From Camelus ferus (taxonomy: Eukaryota), in assembly GCF_009834535.1 (NCBI RefSeq), contig NC_045697.1:43154001-43218000 (forward strand): a DNA stretch of 64,000 nucleotides. Direction: 5' to 3'. The stretch's first letter is position 1. Each line of letters begins with the position of its first letter. Shown here piece by piece: positions 1-11,293 of this stretch. The notes beneath the pieces are model-generated. The model was given only the letters and a program-made list of their open reading frames with translations. It was not told the DNA's origin and searched no databases. A program made the translations under genes and the position numbers.

Positions 1-254
1 TTCATGTTAACAGGAGCTTGGAAAATTGCTTCCTCTCTTGATAGGAAAATAAAAGGATAAATCATAATATCATATAGTATCTGATCTGAAATGAGACCTA
101 GAAGTTCTTTTAGTTCCAACTCTCCACTCTTTTTCAGAGGAAGTCTTGAGAGATTATGTATGTAGATTTTTAAATACATAATTTAGTTTCAGAAATTTTG
201 CTTAGTTTGCTGTCTACAATAATTAAAATAGCCAAATAAAATAAAACTATAGAA

Positions 255-450
255 AAAGTAAAATGATTGGTAATTGTCAGGGGTTCAGGGGGAGGAATGA
301 AGGATAAATAGGTGAAGCACATAGGATTTTTTAATTGAAGTACAGTCAGTGAAATTACTCTGTATGACACTGTAATGGTGGATACAAAACATAATGCATT
401 TGTCAAAATCTGTAGACGTGTGCAACACAAAGACTGAACCTTAATGTATG
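255..450 (+). mobile_element. Old L1 (L1MC-like) 3' UTR fragment
   Basis: Contains 'ggattttt...cagtgaaattactctgtatgacactgtaatggtggatac...tgaaccttaatgta', typical of L1MC-type 3' ends. Interrupted by the MLT1 LTR that follows. Confidence 0.75.
327..350 (-). mobile_element. 24-bp extreme 3' stub of a young (camelid-type) L1
   Basis: ttttttaattgaagtacagtcagt is the exact reverse complement of actgactgtacttcaattaaaaaa, the L1 terminus seen at ~21987-22010. Confidence 0.65.
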
Positions 451-451
451 C

Positions 452-830
452 TGCTATGGACTGAACTGTGTTCATATGCTGAGACCCAAGCCACCAGCGT
501 AACTATATAGAGATAGGAGCCTCCAGGAGATAATTAAAGTAAAATGAGATCAGAAGGGCATGGCCATAATCTAATAGGATTGGTGGCCTTATAAGAAGAG
601 GAAGTGCTCTCTCTCTTTCTCCTCCCTCTTCCCTTCTTCCTCCCTCCTTCCTCCCTCTCAGTCTCTGTCTCTGTCTGCCTCTCTCCCTGTGTGCACACAT
701 TGAGGAGAGGCTATGTGAGGACACACTGAGACGATGTCCATTTGCAAGACAGAAGAGAGCTTCACCGGAATCTGAACCCTGCAGGAGCTTTGATCTTGGA
801 CTCTCCAGCTTCCAGAACTGTGAGGAAATA
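452..830 (+). mobile_element. MaLR solo LTR fragment (MLT1A/B-like)
   Basis: Starts tgctatggactgaactgtgt. Contains 'ttataagaagagga', 'gctatgtgaggacac' and 'ttgatcttggactctccagcttccagaactgtgag', with an internal CT-rich expansion. Confidence 0.85.
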
Positions 831-3489
831 ATGATACGCACGAGAATATTTGAGAAAGATCTGTTTTTCTGAAGTAAGGAAACAGCATCTATTTTGTCAT
901 GAACCCTCTGATTATATGATTGATCACAATACAGACATTCCCCATCAGAGAGGAGACTTGCTGGACTTGATGACATTCTGTCAGGTTCCTTGGACAGGCT
1001 TTGATGGTTTTGCAATATTAAAATATGCTTATTTGCATCTTCCTCAGGAACATCTGGAGAGGGGGAAAAAAGTGGCTTTGGAAAGCTGTTCAGCTCCCAG
1101 AACACCGAGGCTGAGCAAACATTCCAGCTTTCCCTCGCTGGCCATCACTCACACCCAATGTATTTATTCTTTTTCTCCGACAAGAGAGCAACATTTGGAA
1201 TAGCTCAAGCTGTGGAGTTAATCATCAAGACGCCATGGGGATGTGTTAAGCTGTGGGCCTACCCACCTCGTCTGACTTGGAATCAACACCACCACTGGGC
1301 AGAGTAAGGCAAGCACTCTAGCTTGTCTGATGCGGGGCAATCAGATTTGCTGCCTTTCAAATTTCCTCTCTTTGTTTAAAACATCAATGCCAAGGACAGG
1401 AACTTGCCAGTGTTTCAGTGAGTCATTGGCTTCAACTCAGCACTGGCCCCAAAAGACTCTTACCTAACATGGGTACATGCCTCTTCCCTTTTATCTTGTT
1501 GTGTAATTTCACTCTTTTTCCAAGTACTGGGGTTCAGAATCTGGATTTCACCTTGTCATTCCTGAGTTGTGTTAGAACCTTCTGAAGACATTCTCTGTGC
1601 CCACAACTCCCTCCCTCCTTTGTAACACCTACCCAAGTGCTCTAAAGCCAATAACACTGCATGACCAAAAAAAGTTACCTCCCATCTGCTCCTTGTGATT
1701 CCAGATGAAGCTAGGCTTTGAGTCTGATGCTTAAAAGAATAATTCCTTACCTTGTTTCTAGCAGACAAATGTATATCTTTGTCACTAGATAGCAGTAGTT
1801 ATTATAGACTTATTACATGTTTATGTTGAGCTGTAAAGGCAAATATAAGGCATGAATAGGCAGGTAAATGTTGCATGGAACTGCGGTTTTTCCCCAAAGT
1901 TTAGAAAGATCTATTAGGATGCTAAAGGTCCAAAGTTGGCTTGTGAGCTATCAACACTCCTTAAGAAGTTACGAATTAAGCTGAAATCAAGAGATGTCTA
2001 GGAAAAAATACTTTTGTATGTTACATTGAAGGCATATATAAGTACAACCTTTCCTTTTTCATTTGTAAAGTGATGATGATGATGACTGGAACCTACGGCT
2101 GGAAACAACTTCCATCTATCATGGTGAAGCCATGGGCAATATTCATGGAAATCCATACCAAAATTTTGAAAGTTCTCTATAAATCTCACATCGCATAGTT
2201 GAAGCCAAAGTGTTTTGGGAGCTTCAATTATCTGGGTAGTTGCTTCAGATTTTAGCTTTATTTGATAAAAGGTCAAAGAGTCAATTTGTGTTTCTACAAC
2301 AGGCAATGGGCATGAAGACCAAGATACCAAGAAAAAAAAGTTAAGAGATCATTTCTACTTTTCCCTCCCAGGTAGCAGGAATTTTGTAAAAAGTTCTTTG
2401 AAGTGCTTTAATACAATCTCCAAAGATTTTCCTTCCTGTTTCTCTGATGCTTTTGTCTTACATTTCTCCTCCAGTGGCACTGTTGTTTAACTCACTGGAA
2501 TTAAAGTATTAGAACAAATAAGGTCCTGCCAGCTTTTTGCTGTTAAAAAATGGTTTCCTTGTTTTGGTTCATCTCCGTTAACTGAAAAGGTCCTCACCTG
2601 ATCATGTCCTCTTGTCATTGAAAGGCAGGAAAGGAACTAGCCCCGCAGAGAAGACTATTTTCAAAATCAATCCTTCATATTTAAAAGAGAGCTCCATCCT
2701 CTCCAGGAGGTGCAAACATAGTCATTAGAACCGAGACCTCCATCTTCTCAAGTGCCCTTCCATTTTTTCATACTGAGAGGGGCTTTCAGGTGCCTGCTGG
2801 GCTAACTAAAATAGATGGCTTTTTTTCCTTTAATGGGGTTCAGTTTGATTTTCTGTCATTGTGGTCAATGACACAGGACCTGCTCCACTGTCTGAATGCT
2901 AAAGGAACATCATTTTCCCTCACATCATTTGAGCTGCATTATTTTCACTCACCTGTCAGCTCAATGTCCTTTTTTTTGGGGGGGGGGTGTTCTTTAATCT
3001 TGGCCCTAACATGTCACAGTTTCCCAAGAATGTAATGTACATGGGGGCCATTGGATAAAGGTACTTTTCATTTCTGCAACTCTTCTAGGCTGTAAAGGAG
3101 AACAGGGAATCTTTGAGCTGTCTTTTCTGCTTTATGTTTAATCACTGAGACAAGGAAGAAACATCATTCTCCTACAATTTCCTTCCAGTGCAATGTGTGC
3201 AAGGTCTATCTGTAAAATGGCTGAAGGGACCCCATGTCCACATTGATATTTGAGTTAGTTGTTCATTTTTCCATCTCAAGAGGAAAGCTCCACTGACCCA
3301 GTTCTCAGGCAGCGCACAACCATCCTTAACACCATCCTTACGATGTCCTTGGTGCAAGTGGTGTATCAGGCTCAACTCTTGGGCTCACCTAATCAGGTAC
3401 ATCAAGACAGTCACCTCCTGTACCCTCAACAACTAAAATTACACTCACAAAATCATGGCCCCCAAATCACAGCACCCTGAGTACCATGT

Positions 3490-3720
3490 ATTGTGCATTT
3501 AGGTTGTACTAGGCCTGGAGCTGATTGCTCTACACACTTTAAGTCTGTTGAACCCTAGGAACAACACTAGGAGCAGGAGTGGTTTAACCCCATTTTACAG
3601 CTGAGAAGACTGAGACTCAGTGATGCTTACCTAAGGTCATCAGTAGTGTCACAACCAGATTTTTAACTCAGATTTTCTAGCTGCAAAGCCAAATCCCTTA
3701 ACTTCTATCCCAGTGCTGCA
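3490..3720 (-). mobile_element. MIR SINE
   Basis: MIR core 'ccccattttacagctgagaagactgagactcag...cctaaggtca'. Confidence 0.8.
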
Positions 3721-4751
3721 GAGACCTCGTCTCCTCCTTGTCCTGCAGATACCAGCAAGGCTGGGCCAGCGAGGGAGTTGGTGCTGGAGTGGTTGAAAGA
3801 AGACAGAGTAGGCTGAATAGATTTTGATGATTTTCAACCTCAAATTTGGTTTTATGAAGAAATGAAGGAGAAGAGAAAATGAAACCCCTTTCTCAAGACC
3901 CTTTTGGAAGCATGGAAGATGTATTTTTCCCCTCAAAGGTCCCTGAGCAAACATTCAAATGTTCTCTGGGGTTATTTGCCCTTGACTCCTGGAAGGAGCA
4001 AGGATCCCTTTACCAAAGCAGGCTTTGGTACCCTCACATTTTGGAAAAAGCTTTCAGTCTTTGTGTGATGACAGTGTCAAGCTACGGGAACATTATTGCG
4101 GTGTGTCTCCCTCACCTCTCTTTTGTGGGTGCACTTTCCTGGTGGGTCGGTCTTTAAATGGCTCTGAGTAACGCTGCCAAGGAATACACTCACATTATTT
4201 AAAGACCTTTTAAAAGAGAACCCTCCCCCCCAGCACACTCTTGGCTGATAATCCCCATTGAACAATCTGCTGCTATATTTCTTGGAGACATTATTTAAAA
4301 TCCTTTTAAAGTGCAGTTCTTCCTACTTGCCGACGATTGATACCTGTGAAGGGCTTAATAGTATGGGGGGGGGTGTTAGGAATGAGAAGACGAGGGTGAC
4401 TGCTACTTAAAAGGATTTAAAAGAATGTTGCAGCCGTATTTCATGACCGTGATGCCTAAAAGCCTCCAGTAAGGGGAAAAAAGAGCTGCTGCTTCTTTTT
4501 CTAGGCATTAAAATTTTTTTGGAATATATTTCTTCTGAGTTTTCCTTCACTTGCTTGAAGAACCATCAGACGATGACCAGACAATCCATAGTGATTTCAC
4601 ATCCATCCAGAGCCCAGTGCTCATTTGGAGAAACTGGAGGAGCCCTTAGAATTTTCTGAAGTGGAGGCTGAAAATGTGGCTGTCTACAGAAGCCAGGAAG
4701 AGTGAAGTGGGCAGGAGATAAGACAACAGGGACTCATGTAGAATGTTGTAT

Positions 4752-4855
4752 TTAAATATATATGCATGTGCTATATATATACATACACACATGCTATATC
4801 TACATACACGTATTGTACACACATATATACATGCATATTTATATGAACATTCGTA
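4752..4855. repeat. Degenerate (TA/CA)n low-complexity tract
   Basis: atatatatgcatgtgctatatatatacatacacacatg...acacacatatatacatgcat. Confidence 0.75.
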
Positions 4856-4929
4856 CACCTGGCTTTCAGGTAACTTAAACAAGTAGTATGTATAGCAGAT
4901 ATTATTGGTCATTCCACCCACTCTTCCTA

Positions 4930-5128
4930 AACTTTATGTGTAGTATCTCATTTAATACCCACATCAGTGATATTAAGTATATGCTCTCATTACTCTCTTT
5001 TTAAAAATGAGAAAACTGAGCCATGGAAAGAAAGATAAGTCACTCAGCTGGTGAATGGGACAGGCAGGAATCCCACCCAGGCATCTGAGAGCTCACACCA
5101 GGGGCCCAAGTTCTTAATCATAACACTT
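4930..5128 (-). mobile_element. MIR SINE
   Basis: 'tatctcatttaat...aatgagaaaactgagcc...cactcagctggtgaatgg...gttcttaatcat'. Confidence 0.8.
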
Positions 5129-5434
5129 TTCTGAGTGTTCAACTATCCTCTTTTATGGGTTGAAAAATTGCCCACACAGGAGTCCATAAATGAACCGTGA
5201 TCCTCTTGCCGCTCCTTCCCGGTGTGATTTTTTTTTTCATGGTTACCTTAACTGCTCAGCAGCATTGCTAAGGAAGACACAGGGTTTTGAAGCATTTATA
5301 AGAGCTGGTTGTAGATTTTTGTTCTTTTCATAACAGATTTGAGTGTTTATTCACCCAGTTGCTTTGCCCTCTGGCCTTCCAAAATTAAAGGATCTTCAAT
5401 CAAAAATGAAATGAAATGAAAGGATCTTGGGAAA

Positions 5435-5592
5435 TTCAGAACTTGGAAAGAATCTAGGAATTATTTAATCTAGTGACCTCATCTTACCCACCAGAATATT
5501 AAGATCCAGAGAGAGAAAGTGACATGCGTTATATGACACATTTGGTGGCAAATACAGTGCTGGAATCCAGGTATGTTATTTACTACTCTAGC
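5435..5592 (-). mobile_element. MIR (MIRc/MIR3-like) fragment
   Basis: 'ttcagaacttggaaagaatctagg...gatccagagagagaaagtgac...gctggaatccagg'. Confidence 0.55.
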
Positions 5593-5790
5593 AAAATGCT
5601 CCTCCCACCCCTGTGTCCGTGCGTTAGGGCATGCAACTTTACCCTTCCACCCGTCCCTGGGCTCGGCCGTGTTACTGACTTTGGCTAATGAGATATTAGC
5701 AAGTGTGTGGTAAGCAGAGCTGTGAAAAGCCTTTGTGGCATGGTGCTTGCTTGCTCTTGTACCTCTGCCATTTCCATGGAAAGCAGAGGG
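5593..5790 (+). mobile_element. MaLR LTR fragment (MLT1I/J-like)
   Basis: 'gggctcggccgtgttactgactttggctaatgagatattagcaagtgtg...gctcttgtacctctgccatttccatg'. Confidence 0.65.
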
Positions 5791-5899
5791 TGAGAGCTTT
5801 AGATGATGGGGACTCATATTTTTTTTCTCTAAAAGGTTCTACACTAACACTCAGCTAAAGTGAAAAACCAAAACTCACCTTGAGAGACGTTGTCTTGTT

Positions 5900-6166
5900 A
5901 TTTGGGTCTCAACTCAAATATTACCTCCGGAGAGAAGCCTTCTCTTGACGACTAATGTACAATTGCCCCTTGTCCCCCTTGCTTCTCTAGCTCAGTACTC
6001 TGTTCATGTGTCTGAAGGGATGTATATATTTTACCTACTTGTTTACTTTTTCCACTAAAATTGAAGTTCCATGAAACTAATCTAACCTGTCCTTCTTACC
6101 TCTGTATTCCTGGCATTTATTACAGTGCCTGGTACATAGTTAGCCCTCACAAAATGATTGTGAAGG
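5900..6166 (+). mobile_element. L2 LINE 3' end
   Basis: 'tctcaactcaaatattacctccggagagaagccttctcttgac...acagtgcctggtacatagttagccctca'. Confidence 0.8.
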
Positions 6167-6269
6167 AGAAAAGTTACAAAGTATTTGCAGCTTGCCTGTT
6201 AGACATCTTGGGGTCTAACTTTCTCCTAAGGGCTGTTCAGTGAGTAACGGGTCTAAGGAAGTAGGAGAG

Positions 6270-6940
6270 ACAATAGAGAGGAGGCGACATTGAGCAAGCT
6301 CTGACAGAGCACATTTCACCAAGTTGAGGTGTGTGGGGTGACAGGAAGGCAGCGTCTCTCCAGCATCAACAAAGACATGGGAGTGTGAATGTTCTCAGCA
6401 TAAGTGGAACAGTCCAGCTCGGCTAGAGCTTAGACTCCCATATGCAGTGAGCAGGGGGAAGGATAAGCCTTACATGTTTTGTGGTTCTAAATCAGAAAGT
6501 GTCTTGAATACCACCCTAAAGGATTTTATACTCTGTCTTTTAGATCATAAGGTTTGTAAGCAATAGGATATTTTGGGAAGGGAATTCTGCTGCTAGTGTG
6601 GAAGGTGAGGGTGATATAAGAGAAAGCTGGAGGTGAGGGATCATTTAGAAGACTGTGGCCAGTGGCCCAGGAGAGAGCTGATGCCTAGTACAGCTAATGA
6701 AGTGGCAGCGGGGAAAAAAGGGAGGGAAAGGCTTTTAGAGACATTGAAGGGAGAGAATTGATAGGTTTTGTTGACCAATTCTACACAAAAGATGAAGAAA
6801 GGAGTCAAAGGAAAACTCTAGTGCTCTTGCTTCTATGACCCAGTGGGATGTGCTGCCAAGCTGGAGAGACAAGGACGAGAAACGAGTTTGCACGAAGATA
6901 ATGAGTCTTGGACACGTGGGTTTGACATCTTGGAGGTTTC
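6270..6940 (-). mobile_element. L2 LINE internal fragment
   Basis: Purine-rich antisense L2 pattern: 'gtggcccaggagagagctgatg', 'ttagagacattgaagg', 'aggagtcaaaggaaaactctag', 'ttggacacgtgggtttga'. Confidence 0.7.
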
Positions 6941-7694
6941 ACTTCCAAGGCTTTGCCTGGAGTGATCCCTCCTAGTGTGCAGCAAGCATGAGCCTTCTGC
7001 AATGGTCTTTCATTACCTTCGTTTTTAAACATCCTCTACCTGTGCACCACCCATAGATGGGCATGTTATCATAGTAAGTTAAAATAAGCATTTTTTTTTT
7101 GGCCTCTGCTTACAGTGCAAGGCCAGTGACAGGATTCAAGATATTTTGCATTTAAGTTTTTGACAGAGGAGGGAGATGAAAAGGAGTGAATCCATTCTCT
7201 GGTTATTTTACCACATTCCTGAGCCAAATCATTTATAGTTGTGAGAAATGAACTGATCGGTGATGAGCACAAGGTGTGAAGATAAATGTGGGTCTCTAAT
7301 GCTAAGGCACCTCTGCAAAGACAAGGAAGGGTGTTGGTGTTTGCAGAAACTAGATGGGCTGAGCAGTGGGCTATAGGGAGCATGTCTTCTGTGCCAGAGA
7401 GCAAAAGGTCACAGTGAAAGGTCAGAGCTACCTAGTTGGCATGGTGTTCCTAGACCTGATGCTCTTGGAAGCTTCAGATGAGTTTGATATATATAATTCA
7501 AGCCATATACAGCCTAAAGATTTATTCTTAAAAAACCCACACATTTGCCACCCCTCTTGATAATCCGCACAGCTCTGTTATAATCCTCACCAGAAAGAAG
7601 TTCATCTTTGAATCTAACCTTATTTGTTAGACTGTTTCCAGTCTAATTTATACATACCCACAAAGCCTGTGAATATGTCTGTCTTGGTTAAACT

Positions 7695-7829
7695 TATCCT
7701 CTGTCTCTCCCTCACTAAGCTATAAGCTTTTTCAGGGCAAAGGCAGTACCTTAGGTATGTTTATATCATCGTGTTTGGCACTCAGTTCATCCTCAATAAA
7801 TGTCCATTGAATTTAAGAAGAAATGAATG
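7695..7829 (+). mobile_element. L2 LINE 3' end
   Basis: 'ctaagctataagctttttcagggcaaagg...ctcaataaatgtccattgaat...aatgaatg'. Confidence 0.7.
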
Positions 7830-7837
7830 TAGCCCCC

Positions 7838-7998
7838 TTTTTATTAATGTATAGTCAATTTAGGAGTTTTGTTAATTTCTGGTGTACAGCATAGTGATTT
7901 ATTTATACATATATATACCTTTTCATATTGTTTTCATTATAGGCTATTACAAGGTATTGAATGTAGTTCCCTGTGCTATACGGTAGGCGCTTGTTGTT
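7838..7998 (-). mobile_element. Young 5'-truncated L1 3' end with TSD
   Basis: L1 3'UTR motifs 'ttctggtgtacagcatagtgatt' and 'tagttccctgtgctatac'. Flanked by TGAATGTAGCCCC at 7824-7836 and 7999-8011; the right copy continues into TTTT/AA, the L1 endonuclease site. Confidence 0.9.
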
Positions 7999-10841
7999 TG
8001 AATGTAGCCCCTTTTAATTGCTATTATGGCTCCTGATATATGCAAAGATTGTCACTAGATCATTCCTCTGACTTGATATCTCATGTGTCTCAGATCCCAC
8101 TCTCTTTAACGGAAGTGTAAAGAGAAGGGCTGGTGAGAGGAAAGTTTTGATATCAACTAATTTATTGTGAAAAAGACTGTATTAATGGAAAACGCCATCT
8201 ATTTTCTTTAGCCCAACAAAACTCTAAAGTCATCTCAGTATGAAAAATCGAGCAGTGCATGTAATGGGATCGAAGCTTCCATTAGAGTGGACATGTTTGA
8301 ACCTCTATTGAGTATAGCTTTCTCAAAGTAACATGAAGGGATTGCTTATGACAGCCAATCATCTTCACTCTGTAATAACAGTTATTCATTTAGGCCTGCT
8401 GTCCATGCTGAGATGAGATCCCTATAGAAGAAATTCAAGATGAGCAAAATTGGCAAAAGTTTCTTTTAAATGATGGGAAAGAAAAGAAGAGCCTAACCTT
8501 TATTTCATTAGACCTTTATTCATCATTTTCTTGTAGCATAAGTTCCTTGTATGAAATATATTTAAGGTGGGTCCCATCCTACAGTCTTGATAACAAGGGC
8601 AGAAAAGCCAGCCACAAAAATACTTTTACAAAACCAATTAGATACACAACTCATAAGCCTCTGTCTTCCTAAACAGCTCAGTTTCCTGTAACTTCCAAAA
8701 AGCAAACTAATAATTACCGCTCCCGGGATAGTAATAAGGAAAGACATAACTAACTGCTGCTAAAAACTCAGAATTTGTGTGTATACTTGGTTTTTGTTAG
8801 TTAAAAATTCAGGTTTATAATTGTGATGAATCTGTCTAAAATAAGTAGTATTAAGAGCCAGATATTAATGGTTCTGTATACAAGCATTTAGAATTTCAAT
8901 TATGAAACAGTTCTCTTTTAAAAATTAGATTATTTAAAATTATTTGTAAATGGCCTTTTAGCTTAATTATGTGTGCTGTGCTATTATAACTATAGTAGCT
9001 TTTTACAATTAGGTTAATGAATCCACAACCTTTCATATTTTAGAAATTTCACTAAGAAAGGCCAGTCTTTCCTTCAAGTACTTTGATTTTAATATTTATC
9101 AGGGTCAGAATGTAAATCTTTAGGAATGGAAGGGTTACCATCTAATCAAGGAGACGGAATCACATCTCACCATAGACGCTCCATTGCACCTTAGAGTCGG
9201 TGACCTCAAAGGGCATCATAAGTGTTTATTTTTATAGAACTGGTACAGAACTAAAAAGAAGTCAGTTTCCACGATTACCCTAAAAGAGTCAGGTTTTAAG
9301 TGAGAACTCTTCACTGGGGCTGTCTTACAGAGTCATAAACATCTTAGTTAGTGCCCTGTACAGCCATCTGCTTCGGGTGGTGCCACATTGGAGAAGAACC
9401 CCCACTCTTTCTCCTCCTATCATAACCACAGTAGCCAGAGTGAACCATGTGTTCCGTAACTGTGGATTCATCTTTTTGCCTCTACTCTGCAATCCAGTGC
9501 CCCTCCCTGGAGAACAGGGAGGTGGCAGCACTGGCCACAGTGTGCTTAGCGGGGACAACTGGTCAAGGGCATAAAGAGGACCGACTCAAGGTGATGGTGG
9601 AGTCACTCTCCCGCATTCTCTAAGCCTCTTGGCTCACCCCTGGAATCTGCTGCATCAACTGGCAAGACTTCCCAGTAGGGGGTTTCTGGGGCGAAGAGCC
9701 TTAACTTCTTTTCAGATTTAAAGGCCCAGACTGCTGCATGATGGATTTTCCCCTAATATCATTAGCTGCACATGCTGCTAATTGTAGTGGCTGCTAATCC
9801 ATCTGAGCAGCCAAAATGATATTAGCTTTCAATAGGATTTACATCTACCCAGGCTTGTTTCTGCATCAGCTAGCAATTAAAGTTTAAACTGTTGAACATG
9901 CAGCTTGCTGTAGGCTAAGTAATATTTAATAGCATTAACAATGCATTTCCCTATTCGCCTTCGAATCTCTTTACAGGCTCATCAATTCGCCATCACCTTT
10001 GTGTGGCACAGCCGACATTAGCTCTTATCCTAACGGCTTCCAGAGGAGGGCACTGTCATAAGAGACAAGACAATAGAAATACCAGCTGCACATGTAAGTC
10101 TTAGCAGCATAATTTACGTTTCTGGTCCTGGTCCTACCCACTCTGTCTCACACACACGCTTACTAGCACACTTATCGGAGGAGGTATGGTAACTTATCCT
10201 CTCAGGTCAGCCTTGGAGAAACTGTAAATCAACTTATTTGGACTAAAGTGTCTACAGAAGATGAATATTAACTAAAAGGCTGTTCGAATCATTCCCAATC
10301 ACGTGTGGAATCCAGCTCTTTCAAAGTTCAGTGTAAGCAAGATGAAACTCTCTTGATTGACTCATTTAGTAAAGATTTATTTGCATGCAGTTGAGTGAAA
10401 TCAGGTTAGAACATAAACTCCGTGGCAGTAGTTCCTTTGTCTGTCTTGTTCACAGCTGTACCCTTTTGTGTCTATCACAAAGACTAACACATAACACGCT
10501 CTCAGTAGATATTTGTTGAAGTGCTGATTGTATGATATAAGTGATGGACAGTTCAAACTTGAGATGCCCACCCCGAGCCCCTGACATCACCTCCCTTGCT
10601 CGGTGGGTCATACACGCACCCACTGCCCACACCCTCCTTGTTTCTAGGCCGTTCACCAGGGGGTGGACCAGGCAGGGGTGCGGAGAAAGGTCAGTTTAGG
10701 ACACAGCCTGTAAGCACTGCAAGAGACCAAGGGCAGCTTGATTCAAAGCTGTCATTTTGGCTGGTGAATCATCCTGCCTGGAGATCAGCAGTGGTGGATG
10801 TCAAACGGTTGTCATTATGGTGCAACTTCAGGAGGACGGGG

Positions 10842-11293
10842 TGTTAATTAGTTTTCTAAAGCTTCCATAACAAAGTATCAAAAACCAAGTGGCTTAAAAT
10901 AGCAGAACCCTATTGTCTCACAGTGCTGGAGGCCCGAAGTCCAAAGCCAAGGTGGCAGAGGGCCCTGCTCGCCCCGGCGGCTGCAGGGAACTTGGCTTCC
11001 TTGCCTCTTCCAGCTTCCCGTGTCTCGCAGCAGTCCTCGCTCCTCGGCTTGCAGACGCGTCCCTCCAGTCGCACGGCCATCTTCTCCCTGTGCGTCTTCA
11101 CATCGGCTGCCTTTGTATCCACATTTCCCCTTTTTATAAAGACACCAGTCATATTCAATTAGGACTTACCCAAATGACCTCATTTTAACTTGATTACCCC
11201 TATAAAGGCCCTGTTTCCAAATAAGGTCACATTTGAGGTACTAGGGGTTAGGACTTAAACAGATATATTAAATAAACAATATAACCCATAAAA
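10842..11293 (-). mobile_element. MaLR solo LTR (MLT1C-like), near full length
   Basis: 'ttagttttctaaagcttccataacaaagtatca...gtggcttaaaatagcagaa...tataaagacaccagtcatatt...gtttccaaataaggtcacatttgaggtactaggggttaggact...aacccataa'. Confidence 0.9.

Noticed and set aside
503..1105. Longest ORF in the track (200 aa, minus strand)
   Set aside because: It runs through an MLT1 LTR and a CT-rich simple repeat (the low-complexity ERGR/EGG stretch); no recognisable domain.
10652..10666. CTCF-like motif ttcaccagggggtgg
   Set aside because: It mismatches key core positions and has no other support; similar matches are expected by chance in 64 kb.
10910..11188. Three overlapping ORFs
   Set aside because: They lie entirely within the GC-enriched MLT1C LTR; stop-poor by composition.
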